IMG/VR virus record: IMGVR_UViG_3300042484_000872
Coordinates: 48,338 to 112,337 of that record
Source: a virus
Taxonomy: Duplodnaviria; Heunggongvirae; Uroviricota; Caudoviricetes
Direction: 5' to 3' (one strand)
Length of the DNA stretch: 64,000 bases
Of this stretch, positions 20,010 to 28,771 are shown piece by piece; the stretch's first letter is position 1, and the number at the start of each line of letters is the position of its first letter. Below the pieces are notes generated by a model, which was not told where the DNA came from, made no database searches, and was given only the letters and a program-made list of their open reading frames with translations. Made by a program: the position numbers and the translations under genes.

Positions 20010-22040
20010 TTATCTAAACAATTTATTTTTTGGTGTGTTAAACATTGATCTGCTTTCTGTAAACAGTCTATTCAGTTTGTTCTTTTTGAACATTGATTGT
20101 ATTCTTACATCTTGCTCTCCTCCTATTTTTCCCATGATGGGATCTAGTTTCATTGCTAAAGCTATTGCTAACTCAGCTGCAATGATTCTATCAAAGTTAC
20201 CTGATTCATTATATTGGATCATCTCTTCAAGAAGAACAGGATCAAATATCTTGGCCATACCTTTTGTCTCAGACTTAATGTTTCCATCTTCATCCTTCTC
20301 TGTATGTATCACTTCTTCTGTATACTTCTTAAGACATCCGTGTAAGAAGTCTCGTATTTTCTCAGAAGATCTATGTATTCCGTAATCCCTTCTTACTGTG
20401 GTGTTTGGAACAATCTCTTTCAACCAATCTGGTTGTCTCTCTAAATAATGTGCATCTCCTTTAGCTATCATGTAGTCAATAAAAGATATTTCATCATTCT
20501 CACATAGAGCTCTAGCATTATAATACTTGATTAAGTATCTAGCTTGTTCTTCCCATGTTTCTTTCTTCTCTGGTCTAGCACAATAACTAGCTACAAACAT
20601 ATCTTGATACTTCTCTCCTGATATAGCATGCATACGTTTGTATATGTATACAGATCCTAATGAACTTGAATATGCAGATTTACCTTGTCTATAAGGGTCA
20701 ATCCCTGCAACATATAATCCATATGGAGGAGATTCAACAGGGAACTCATATATCACTACAGGAGCTTCTTTGTTATCACTATTCTTAAGTGGGAAGTTTG
20801 ATATAGGCACCTTATCACTAAACTCATGTTTTACACCATCACCATCATCATATAAAACAACAGGTGTTCCTGTTCTTTCTTGTGCTAATAGTCTGGCTTT
20901 CTGACGTTTAGATGCTTCAATATCAAATATGTTCGTATCCTCATTTAAGAATATATCATCCACTTCTTGTGGGTAATACATCTTCTCTTTTAAATAAGCT
21001 AGTCTATCACCAGCTTTCTTTAATCTGTCAAGGTTATCATTTGTAATCTTATCTGCTTTCTCTTCATTAGATACTAACATCTTTACATTATGTAATTCTG
21101 ATTCTGCTGGTTGTTCAAGATAGGCTCCAAGTGTAGAGTCTTCCTTAGCTTCCATTCTATACTTATGTGAGATGAATAGTCCATGGATTCTTTGATCATC
21201 CTTTGCACTATTATATTCCAGGAAGTTGAAATTGGCTACATCAAACATTAAGCTTTTTGCATCCATGAAATTCTGCATATCTCCACCTGTACCTGTAAGT
21301 ATAGGCGAACATCCCCAACCAAATGGTGTGGTGAAACCTGGTGTAGCTGCTTGTAATCCTCTAAGGAAATTACCCTTACCTATCTCATCAATAATAAGCC
21401 TTCTAGGTTTTGTACCTGCAATAGCCTCTTCATTATTACCACCATCTAAGTTACGAATAAGGATCTGAGAAAAGGGGATTCTCTCTCCTGCTTTTGTCTT
21501 GATCCCTAATGTAACTTGGTTTTTCCAGTTGTCTTCCACCCTCTGCCATCTCCAGGCTTCAGGTAGGAAGTTTAATCCTTTGTCAATCTTATCTGTGATA
21601 AGCTTTATATCGGGAGCATTCAATCCTGCTATAATGTTTTGGGAATTCTCATCGAATGTTGCCCCATGACCTATGTAGGAACTCTCAATTACTGACTTAG
21701 CTAAACGACGAATGCCTAATATTACTAGGCCTTTCTTTTCGTTGTGTGCTCTATCTATTTCATTTGTTATAATCCACTCATTATCACGTAGATATGGATT
21801 AGCATATTTTTGATTAATCCTTCCACGATCATCTATAATATCCACCTCTGTATTCCAGAAGTTTAAATGCCAATATAGAAAAGGGTTAATATATACTCCT
21901 CCCATTGTACAGCCATCAATACATAGTTGTTTATGGAAAGCATAAAATGCTTTATACTCTTCTGAATCCTTTGATGGAACTCTCTTTTGATTGATAAACC
22001 AATCTCCGTATTCAATACTCTGTAAGCCATCGATCATCAT
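20010..22040 (-). CDS. terL: terminase large subunit
   Basis: Deviant Walker A LGIRRLAKS (gp17-like), Walker B LIIDEIG, C-terminal nuclease-like VAGIDPYRQG (catalytic Asp). 676 aa. Confidence 0.7.
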   Translation of the reverse strand: MMIDGLQSIEYGDWFINQKRVPSKDSEEYKAFYAFHKQLCIDGCTMGGVYINPFLYWHLNFWNTEVDIIDDRGRINQKYANPYLRDNEWIITNEIDRAHNEKKGLVILGIRRLAKSVIESSYIGHGATFDENSQNIIAGLNAPDIKLITDKIDKGLNFLPEAWRWQRVEDNWKNQVTLGIKTKAGERIPFSQILIRNLDGGNNEEAIAGTKPRRLIIDEIGKGNFLRGLQAATPGFTTPFGWGCSPILTGTGGDMQNFMDAKSLMFDVANFNFLEYNSAKDDQRIHGLFISHKYRMEAKEDSTLGAYLEQPAESELHNVKMLVSNEEKADKITNDNLDRLKKAGDRLAYLKEKMYYPQEVDDIFLNEDTNIFDIEASKRQKARLLAQERTGTPVVLYDDGDGVKHEFSDKVPISNFPLKNSDNKEAPVVIYEFPVESPPYGLYVAGIDPYRQGKSAYSSSLGSVYIYKRMHAISGEKYQDMFVASYCARPEKKETWEEQARYLIKYYNARALCENDEISFIDYMIAKGDAHYLERQPDWLKEIVPNTTVRRDYGIHRSSEKIRDFLHGCLKKYTEEVIHTEKDEDGNIKSETKGMAKIFDPVLLEEMIQYNESGNFDRIIAAELAIALAMKLDPIMGKIGGEQDVRIQSMFKKNKLNRLFTESRSMFNTPKNKLFR

Positions 22041-22372
22041 TATCTTCTACCTTTTAAGAAATCTTCTGCCATACTACCAAGCTCAACACCACCTCTTACA
22101 GGTACCACCTTTGCTTCTTCTTTTTCACGTAGCTTCTCAACTTGTTCAAGAAGGGCAAGATAGTTTTTCATTGTCTCTTGTACAAACTTACCTTGAGCTT
22201 CAATACTTGCAATCACCATAGGCATAGCACCACCAGCTTTGGTTTCCTTCCATTTGATTCTATCCTCTAATGTATGTAAGGGATTAGCATCAACGTATTG
22301 TTTCCAGCTTGATAATTGTTCTTCAGCCCAATCAAGTTCTGTATTTATATATGTAGTTTTCTTTATTGCCAT
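22040..22372 (-). CDS. hypothetical protein (candidate terminase small subunit by position)
   Basis: 110-aa ORF overlapping the TerL start by 1 nt; helical, K/E-rich. Confidence 0.45.
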   Translation of the reverse strand: MAIKKTTYINTELDWAEEQLSSWKQYVDANPLHTLEDRIKWKETKAGGAMPMVIASIEAQGKFVQETMKNYLALLEQVEKLREKEEAKVVPVRGGVELGSMAEDFLKGRR

Positions 22373-22665
22373 TGTATTGATATGTATTTTGCAAAAGCTG
22401 AATCAATTTCTTCTTTACAATTTTTAATTATTAACATATGTTCTTTTAGTTTAAACATAAGTTCTTGTATTCTATCTTCTTCGTATAGAATTGATCTTAA
22501 TGCATCTCTTTTGATTCTTAAATACTCATCATATGATCCATCTTCTTCTCCAAGTAAATCTTGTATTGTATTGCAATCATTTTCTGGATTACAAGCTGGT
22601 ATATTTCCAGGATTGTAAAACTTATTTTCTGTAGATTCTAATTCAATTTTTAAAATATCTTCCAT
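22363..22665 (-). CDS. hypothetical protein
   Basis: 100-aa ORF in the minus-strand operon; the overlapping plus-strand ORF 22316..22618 was rejected. Confidence 0.45.
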   Translation of the reverse strand: MEDILKIELESTENKFYNPGNIPACNPENDCNTIQDLLGEEDGSYDEYLRIKRDALRSILYEEDRIQELMFKLKEHMLIIKNCKEEIDSAFAKYISIQWQ

Positions 22666-22691
22666 AATGTAGTTGGTCTTTATTATTATTA

Positions 22692-22961
22692 TTAGTCTTC
22701 CTCTTCTTCGAATAATGTATTCTCCAAATTCATGCCATCTTTTATAATGGCTTCTATTTCTTCTTCATTATGATCAACATCCATATCAAGGCTTGTCTCA
22801 TATCTCTGTAAAGAAAGAAACAATTCTTTATCAGACACTCCCCATAATTCACTGCCATCAATAGCTGTAGAAATATGTCTTCCCATATTATATGTAGTGT
22901 GGGATTTTCTCAAACGTTTTAATGTCTGAATGATTTGGTTATAATAGTTTACTTCTGCCAT
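22692..22961 (-). CDS. hypothetical protein
   Basis: 89-aa ORF. Confidence 0.45.
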   Translation of the reverse strand: MAEVNYYNQIIQTLKRLRKSHTTYNMGRHISTAIDGSELWGVSDKELFLSLQRYETSLDMDVDHNEEEIEAIIKDGMNLENTLFEEEED

Positions 22962-23254
22962 TATATAAGATCGTTTATATCATCCTCAGATAACAAGCTC
23001 CTCTTATCAGTGCTTGGTATGTCATCATCAGAATAATCTAGTTCTATCTCTTGTGTAACATCGTCATTATCTTCTTCATCCCTTTCATCATGTAACATGT
23101 ATTCAGGTTTGATTGTAATCTGTATAGTGTCTTTTGGTGCCTCACCTTCTTCACTCTGCTCTCCTGACAAATCAATAAAATCTGCCCCACTCTCATATAG
23201 ATCTTGTAAGATTTCAATAAGGGGATGTAATGGTATTTTACGTAGTCTTAACAT
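22961..23254 (-). CDS. hypothetical acidic protein
   Basis: 97-aa ORF, Asp/Glu-rich (DERDEEDNDD, SDDDIPSTD). Confidence 0.45.
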   Translation of the reverse strand: MLRLRKIPLHPLIEILQDLYESGADFIDLSGEQSEEGEAPKDTIQITIKPEYMLHDERDEEDNDDVTQEIELDYSDDDIPSTDKRSLLSEDDINDLI

Positions 23255-23519
23255 CTTCTGTTGGCATTTCTGCGGATCCCCATTTCTTCAATGGACATTC
23301 ACACGTTAAACATTTAGTCTTTGCTGATAATGTACATCCACAATTTGTGCAATGTGCATCTATTCTTAATGACGTATATCCTTCTTTGTTAGAAGAATGT
23401 TCTTTACAATTATGACATACATCCATTCTTAACTGACTTGTATGTTCTATAAAAGCTTTTGTTCTCTCTTCAGGAAGAAGATGATTCTTCCACCCTTCTA
23501 TAATTTGGTTTATTTTCAT
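23238..23519 (-). CDS. Cys-rich zinc-ribbon protein
   Basis: CHNCKEH...CTNCGC...CLTCEC, four CxxC pairs. Start moved to Met-28 (23519) so it does not overlap the GIY-YIG gene. Confidence 0.45.
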   Translation of the reverse strand: MKINQIIEGWKNHLLPEERTKAFIEHTSQLRMDVCHNCKEHSSNKEGYTSLRIDAHCTNCGCTLSAKTKCLTCECPLKKWGSAEMPTEDVKTT

Positions 23520-23523
23520 AATA

Positions 23524-24102
23524 CTATTTATATCTAATATTAAACTTTTTACTTTTATTAACACCTCTACAATTTGATGATATATTACTTTGAGATACAT
23601 TTAAAAACTCTGCAGCTTTTAATGATGATTCAAACTCTTGTATTATATTATTACTATCATCTAACAAAAGTACAATTTTTTGTTTAGTTAAACCTAATTT
23701 TTTATTATGTTCACTACTTCTAATTACAGTTCTTCCTTTTAATGAGTTAGCTATTTTTAATCTAGTTTCTTTTTTAACTTCCCTTCCTAAACAATTTCCT
23801 GCAACTGGAGTAGCATTATACCCACTGCTATATGAGTTATATTTATCTATATAATACTGTTCTTGTAAAAGAATGTTTTCATTACTGCATGTTTCTACTA
23901 TTTCAAAAATAAAACTATCTTCTCCGTATTTATTCCAAGCTCTTTGTAACTTAATTGAATGATGTTTATTCTTTTTAAGATTAGTTATATGACATCTTTT
24001 TCGTTTAGTTAATCCATGAATAGATGATCCTATATATACTTTATCTGTAGATATATTTTTTATCATGTAAATAACTCCTTCATATATCTGACTTAGGCTC
24101 AT
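23524..24102 (-). CDS. GIY-YIG homing endonuclease
   Basis: GVIYMIKN...KVYIGSS (GIY...YIG), conserved R/H/N downstream, C-terminal basic DNA-binding region. Confidence 0.65.
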   Translation of the reverse strand: MSLSQIYEGVIYMIKNISTDKVYIGSSIHGLTKRKRCHITNLKKNKHHSIKLQRAWNKYGEDSFIFEIVETCSNENILLQEQYYIDKYNSYSSGYNATPVAGNCLGREVKKETRLKIANSLKGRTVIRSSEHNKKLGLTKQKIVLLLDDSNNIIQEFESSLKAAEFLNVSQSNISSNCRGVNKSKKFNIRYK

Positions 24103-24442
24103 TGATTTTTGGTTTTAATGTTTTGATACTTGTTTCTAGTATTTGTAATTTTAATGTTACAGCATTTCTTCTTACATCTGTTATAGATGGATCTGCTAAC
24201 ATATTCTCATAAGCTTTCTTAATAGCTAATAACTTATTATATTGTGTAAGAGCTTTCTTCTCATTGAAATAGAATTTACCAAATCCAGAAATCTCTACAC
24301 TCTTATTAACATTGAGAGCATCATTGGCAGAATCAAACTGATGATTAATCACTTGCTCAATAATCTTCTCAGATATAACAAGGTTAATTGACATCTTTTT
24401 GATGATCCACTCCTTCACTGACATTGATTGTGGTTTCTTCAT
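24080..24442 (-). CDS. hypothetical protein
   Basis: 120-aa ORF; true start may be an internal Met, reducing overlap with 24384..24782. Confidence 0.4.
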   Translation of the reverse strand: MKKPQSMSVKEWIIKKMSINLVISEKIIEQVINHQFDSANDALNVNKSVEISGFGKFYFNEKKALTQYNKLLAIKKAYENMLADPSITDVRRNAVTLKLQILETSIKTLKPKINEPKSDI

Positions 24443-24782
24443 GTACTAGTTTTATATCTAATGTTAAATCTTTTGTAAAATCTATAATGATGATGGGATT
24501 TACCTTCACCTTTCCATTCTCCTTAATGAATATACCAATTCTTTTAAGTTTACTGATGATGTTATTAATAGAAGGAGATGTACTATTATATGTTCTGCAG
24601 AATTCTTCTCTTACATTAGCATATGTAATGTTTCCTTTAATAGCTGTAAAAGATATCAATTGAATCTCTCTTTCTGTTAGATGAAGATTGTTAATAGCAG
24701 ATAGTATACTATAATACTTCTCAGCTAATTGAATGTCTGTAGAAACATCCTTCTTCAGTTTTTGTATAATCATTGGTTTCAT
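24384..24782 (-). CDS. hypothetical protein (first gene of leftward transcription unit)
   Basis: 132-aa ORF abutting the divergent switch region. Confidence 0.45.
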   Translation of the reverse strand: MKPMIIQKLKKDVSTDIQLAEKYYSILSAINNLHLTEREIQLISFTAIKGNITYANVREEFCRTYNSTSPSINNIISKLKRIGIFIKENGKVKVNPIIIIDFTKDLTLDIKLVHEETTINVSEGVDHQKDVN

Positions 24783-25083
24783 AATGTAGTTTTATCTAAT
24801 CATATGACAAAGATATACAATAAACACATACAATGTATACTTTTTTATTTACCAATGCTATATTATGAAGTTTTTCTATATAGCTGTACTAGATAACCTC
24901 GCCCAACCACCACCCCAAAGGTATAATATAATTCTTATATCTACCAAATTTTTTTTAAATTTTTTTTTTCAAAATTTAGAAAGGTGTTATATGTGTGGTT
25001 GTGTAGAGTACTTCCAATCAGCTACCCCACCTATGTTTGGGTGAGCGGGGTGCTCCCCCATTAACAATTAAAAAACAGAAATT
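24783..25083. promoter_or_regulatory. divergent intergenic switch region, probably holding promoters for both arms
   Basis: Every gene to the left is minus-strand and every gene to the right is plus-strand. Contains poly-T/A tracts, a TATGTTTG (TAnnTTTG-like) box at 25032-25039 and a GC-rich hairpin-capable patch ccccacc...gggtgagcggggtgctcccccat. Confidence 0.4.
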
Positions 25084-25437
25084 ATGGCTATTCAAACAGT
25101 GAATGCAAAAGACATCTTAGGGATTCAAACAATTAGTGCACCAATGCCTTATGCTAAGGGAACAAAAATGGAAGGACAATTCTATCGTAGATTTAACTAT
25201 GAAGGTAAAGTGTTTATCAGTAATGATGAATCATTCTTTAATGAATTAGAAGCAGGAGGAATTGAGAGCTTAAAGCTTGATACTAATGATGAAGGTAAAC
25301 TTGCTTTAGTTAGTTATGTTACCTTTAAGAAATTGATTGGATTAAAACGTAATGAAATTACGCTTGAATCTATGACTGTTGAGAACTTCAAGCCTACAGT
25401 TAAAGAAAGTGTAGAAGCATATGAAGACTTAGGTTAA
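25084..25437 (+). CDS. hypothetical early protein
   Basis: 117-aa ORF, first gene of the rightward arm, followed by a strong intrinsic terminator. Confidence 0.6.
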   Translation: MAIQTVNAKDILGIQTISAPMPYAKGTKMEGQFYRRFNYEGKVFISNDESFFNELEAGGIESLKLDTNDEGKLALVSYVTFKKLIGLKRNEITLESMTVENFKPTVKESVEAYEDLG

Positions 25438-25440
25438 TGA

Positions 25441-25464
25441 AAAGGCTCTAACGAGCCTTTTTTT
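25441..25464 (+). terminator. rho-independent terminator AAAGGCTC-taac-GAGCCTTT + T7
   Basis: 8-bp perfect stem and T-run read directly after the stop at 25437. Confidence 0.6.
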
Positions 25465-25467
25465 ACG

Positions 25468-25817
25468 TATATAAATATGTAATATATCCTACCTATATAT
25501 ATATAGGAGTAAAAAAGTTTATTTCTTCCTAGTGGAAAAGTTTATTATCTATATATATTATGGGTTTTAGGTAGTTATAACGTTGTATGTTGTAGCAAAC
25601 TATTGTAAAACATTACCTCAAGGTATATATAAGTAATAAAACTTTTTACGAGGGAGAAAAAAACTTTTATTTAGTTAAATGCTTGATAATCAGACATAAT
25701 TTATTTTTGTTTGATGTTTATTTGAGTGTTAAAAGGTGGACGTGGAGACATAGACACAATAATGAAGCATAAATCATAAGACAACAAATCATTAAATAAT
25801 CAAATATATATAGCATT
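25468..25817. promoter_or_regulatory. 350-bp AT-rich non-coding region with a 16-bp palindrome and iterated AAAAGTTTATT motifs (candidate origin or promoter cluster)
   Basis: CCTATATATATATAGG perfect palindrome at 25492-25507. AAAAGTTTATT direct repeats at 25513 and 25536, with inverted-orientation copies (aataaaactttt, aaacttttatt) near 25636-25660. TATTTTTG box near 25703. Confidence 0.4.
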
Positions 25818-26021
25818 ATGAAGACAATAGCAGAACAAGTGGTAGCATCAATGAACAATCAAGCAATAGATGTTCTATATAATAGATTAGAACTATTAGA
25901 AGATGATTTTATTAATGGTCTTATATCATATATAGATTATTCTTTTTCTAAAGATGATATTGTTAATGATATACATTGTATTCTTTCTGAATATTTATGT
26001 CCAATTGATTTATACATATAA
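25818..26021 (+). CDS. hypothetical protein
   Basis: 67-aa ORF. Confidence 0.45.
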   Translation: MKTIAEQVVASMNNQAIDVLYNRLELLEDDFINGLISYIDYSFSKDDIVNDIHCILSEYLCPIDLYI

Positions 26022-26070
26022 TTATAGGCTCTTCTTAGGGCCTTTTTAAAACTCCTTAATAACAAATAAA

Positions 26071-26382
26071 ATGAACAAACATTTAACAAATGAACAAATA
26101 GATAACAGACTTGGTGCTGTTATGAATGCATTTAAAGAAGAGAATGCTACAAGTGTAATGAATATGAACTCTGTAGCTAGTTTATTAACTTCTGGTACAT
26201 ATAGTATCAATGGTGATGCTGAGATTAATGAGCAAGTAGCTAAATCAATCAAGAGATTGACAAGCTTTGTTAATAGAATATCTGATATAGTGCATAAAGG
26301 CACTGAAGAATGTGATCTTGATTCTCAAATTGATGAGAATCGTAAATTTTGGGAAGAACTTAAATCAATATTAAATCCTTAA
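26071..26382 (+). CDS. hypothetical protein
   Basis: 103-aa ORF; TCCTTAATAAC motif 7 nt upstream of the ATG. Confidence 0.5.
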   Translation: MNKHLTNEQIDNRLGAVMNAFKEENATSVMNMNSVASLLTSGTYSINGDAEINEQVAKSIKRLTSFVNRISDIVHKGTEECDLDSQIDENRKFWEELKSILNP

Positions 26383-26387
26383 TAATT

Positions 26388-26594
26388 ATGAAATCAACAA
26401 AAATTATGTTAGCTTTTATAGCTACGCTTATCGCTACATGGACTCTATTTAGTCTTATTGGATATTTATTATCTGATATGTCATTAAAAGAATGTTACAC
26501 AAATGGTGGAACAATTGGTTGTATGGCTGTATTTGGTTGGATACCAAGTATTATTGTAGGTGCAGATATTAGTGATAAACTTAACAACTATTAA
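26388..26594 (+). CDS. small membrane protein
   Basis: 68 aa, two hydrophobic segments. Confidence 0.45.
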   Translation: MKSTKIMLAFIATLIATWTLFSLIGYLLSDMSLKECYTNGGTIGCMAVFGWIPSIIVGADISDKLNNY

Positions 26595-26596
26595 TA

Positions 26597-26959
26597 ATGG
26601 ATCATCCAATATTTAAAGCTGCTGTATTGATTGGAAGTCAAGAAGAATCTGATATAGCTAAAGATATATGTCTTAAATATTCTCTTCCTGTTTGGGAAGA
26701 GATTGATTTAGGATTTGATTGGGTAGATTATGGTGATGATGATGTTCCTACATATTTATATTATGATAGTGAAAGAGATGAATCTGAAAAATCTCGTGTA
26801 GGTTTTTTTGTTGATGATATGGATAATAAAAAGAATTATAACATTATGTCAATAGAAGAATTTGAAGCATTAGCTAACACTCTAAATCCAGAATACGATA
26901 GTATAGAAGACATATTGTCTAAACTAAAAGAAATAAATAACATCCTTAATAACAAATAA
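26597..26959 (+). CDS. hypothetical acidic protein
   Basis: 120-aa ORF. Confidence 0.5.
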   Translation: MDHPIFKAAVLIGSQEESDIAKDICLKYSLPVWEEIDLGFDWVDYGDDDVPTYLYYDSERDESEKSRVGFFVDDMDNKKNYNIMSIEEFEALANTLNPEYDSIEDILSKLKEINNILNNK

Positions 26960-26960
26960 C

Positions 26961-27101
26961 ATGAAAAAGAAACCTATTACATCAATAGTATCATTGTATA
27001 CTATTACAGCTATTCTATTAGTTATCATCTTCACTATGGAGAGCTGTGCATCAAGATGCAAACAACAAAGAAGATATTGGTCTAATCATAGAGCTGTATA
27101 A
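26961..27101 (+). CDS. 46-aa membrane peptide (MKKKPITSIVSLYTITAILLVIIF...)
   Basis: Hand-translated; below the ORF-track cut-off. TCCTTAATAAC motif 7 nt upstream; abuts neighbours on both sides. Confidence 0.3.
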   Translation: MKKKPITSIVSLYTITAILLVIIFTMESCASRCKQQRRYWSNHRAV

Positions 27102-27103
27102 TT

Positions 27104-27295
27104 ATGAGCACAGAACAAATTGAACAAAGGTTACAGACTATCAAGAATGAAATACATGCATTAGATAGTCTAAGAGATGCACATGATGATACAAACATAC
27201 ATGTGATTGAAGAGCAACAAGACATATTGTTTCACGAAAGACAACAACTAACATTCTTGTTAGAGAGTTGTTTTGATGATCTTATAGGATTATGA
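27104..27295 (+). CDS. hypothetical protein
   Basis: 63-aa helical ORF. Confidence 0.4.
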   Translation: MSTEQIEQRLQTIKNEIHALDSLRDAHDDTNIHVIEEQQDILFHERQQLTFLLESCFDDLIGL

Positions 27296-27453
27296 TAACA
27301 TTATATATTATTACATCATATCTAGTGATGCTAGGTGTGATGATAGAGAGTTACGAGAAATTAGATGATATGAAAGGTTATGCAATAGCATCATACATCT
27401 TTAGTCCAATAGTATTACCAGTTCTTATTGGTATGATGCTAGGAAAGAAATAA
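27292..27453 (+). CDS. 53-aa membrane peptide
   Basis: Hand-translated MITLYIITSYLVMLGVMIE...; ATGA overlap with the previous stop. A further 32-aa hydrophobic ORF follows at 27453-27551. Confidence 0.3.
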   Translation: MITLYIITSYLVMLGVMIESYEKLDDMKGYAIASYIFSPIVLPVLIGMMLGKK

Positions 27454-27565
27454 TGGGAGAGTTTATAGCAAAGGTAGTCATAAGCATAGTCTTGTGGCTA
27501 CTAGTTGCTAGAGTGTTCCTATACTTTGGCAAGAAAATATTTAAAGATTAATCAAATCAAACACA

Positions 27566-27805
27566 ATGACAAAACAAAAATACAACATTGAAGAAGCATT
27601 CCAACAAGTTCAAGAACTAGTAGATGCTCAAGAGAAAGCATTGAGAACAGCTGACACTCTATTACATCTAAAAGATTGTATCATAGAGATATTAGAAGAC
27701 CAAAAGAAAATTAATGAAAAAGAGAATAAGATTCTTAGAATCTGTCTGTATTCATTAGTAGCATTGTATTCAATAATATTTATTGCATCATATTTTGCGA
27801 AGTAG
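27566..27805 (+). CDS. hypothetical protein with C-terminal TM helix
   Basis: 79-aa ORF. Confidence 0.4.
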   Translation: MTKQKYNIEEAFQQVQELVDAQEKALRTADTLLHLKDCIIEILEDQKKINEKENKILRICLYSLVALYSIIFIASYFAK

Positions 27806-27970
27806 AATATCTAGAGGTACATTGGTAGCATCAACAGACAGATTTAGAGCAATCAAAGCTAAAAGGTTGATAGTAGAAGTGATATATAATTTCAGAAATG
27901 GAATTATAAAGGAGAAGACAATAGACATAAGACAAACAATAAACCAGTAATCAATTAATTCCTTAATAAC

Positions 27971-28468
27971 ATGAGCACACAAACATCAGGTGGAATATTC
28001 ACCTTTGACCATGGTCAAAAAAAACTTAACCTTGCAATTGGTGTATCACCAGAATATTTAGAGGATCTTGGTACACAAGTATCAAATCTATTGAAAGATT
28101 TTATTTTTGATGATGATAAAAATCTTAGAGAAGATACATCACCAAGTCAATTAGTAGAAATATGTGCTAATGAGTTTAGTTATTCTCAATTAGTAGTTTT
28201 AGCATCATTCTATCTACAAGATAGAGTAGATGGATTTGCTAAGAAATTAGAGGACAAATTGAAAAATATGAAATCATCAGCTAAAGCTATAAGATTAAAT
28301 AGTGATGATGTTCCAGATAACATCAAAGAGATGCTTGAAAATCTTACAGAAGGACGTAGTGAAGGTGATCCAATTGATGGTGATTCATTACCACAAGAGC
28401 TTAAAGACTTTCTTGATAAATTAGCTGAAGAGCAACAAAGACAAGAAGGAGATGGTGATGATGACTAA
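27971..28468 (+). CDS. hypothetical highly acidic protein
   Basis: 165 aa, ends EGDGDDD. TCCTTAATAAC directly abuts the ATG. Confidence 0.5.
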   Translation: MSTQTSGGIFTFDHGQKKLNLAIGVSPEYLEDLGTQVSNLLKDFIFDDDKNLREDTSPSQLVEICANEFSYSQLVVLASFYLQDRVDGFAKKLEDKLKNMKSSAKAIRLNSDDVPDNIKEMLENLTEGRSEGDPIDGDSLPQELKDFLDKLAEEQQRQEGDGDDD

Positions 28469-28730
28469 TCCAACAAGAAGAAATCTATCTGGTGTGTATA
28501 TATTTGATACTCTTCCAGGTGATAAGAGAAGACAACCTACAGTGTTTGAAGATTGTACACAAGAGAAGCAACAAGAATGGTTAGATAGTCTAACTACAGA
28601 AGCTCTCAAGAATCTTGCTAAACATTTAGGCACAAAACTTAGAGACTTAGGTGATATGTTTGATATCATGAGTGGATCTGAAGAAGATGATGATGATGAT
28701 GATTATCCAATTGACATCATTAATGAATAA
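28452..28730 (+). CDS. hypothetical acidic protein
   Basis: 92 aa, C-terminal SEEDDDDDDYPIDIINE. Confidence 0.45.
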   Translation: MVMMTNPTRRNLSGVYIFDTLPGDKRRQPTVFEDCTQEKQQEWLDSLTTEALKNLAKHLGTKLRDLGDMFDIMSGSEEDDDDDDYPIDIINE

Positions 28731-28736
28731 TTAATA

Positions 28737-28764
28737 AGAGAGCTGTAATGGCTCTCTTTTATAT
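28737..28764 (+). terminator. intrinsic terminator AGAGAGC-tgtaatg-GCTCTCT + TTTTAT
   Basis: 7-bp stem read directly; the track's ATG at 28748 lies inside the loop. Confidence 0.5.
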
Positions 28765-28771
28765 CAAAGCT

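Noticed and set aside
25084-25437. Shared MAIQT N-terminus between this early protein and the putative capsid protein (14413..15975)
   Set aside because: Similarity is limited to the first 5-6 residues and is most likely coincidental start-context bias.
28748-28771. Upstream ATGs at 28748 and 48921, and TTG at 56136, used by the ORF track as starts
   Set aside because: Each lies inside the loop or stem of a strong hairpin/terminator. Downstream in-frame ATGs with conserved context (28772, 48948, 56184) are preferred.
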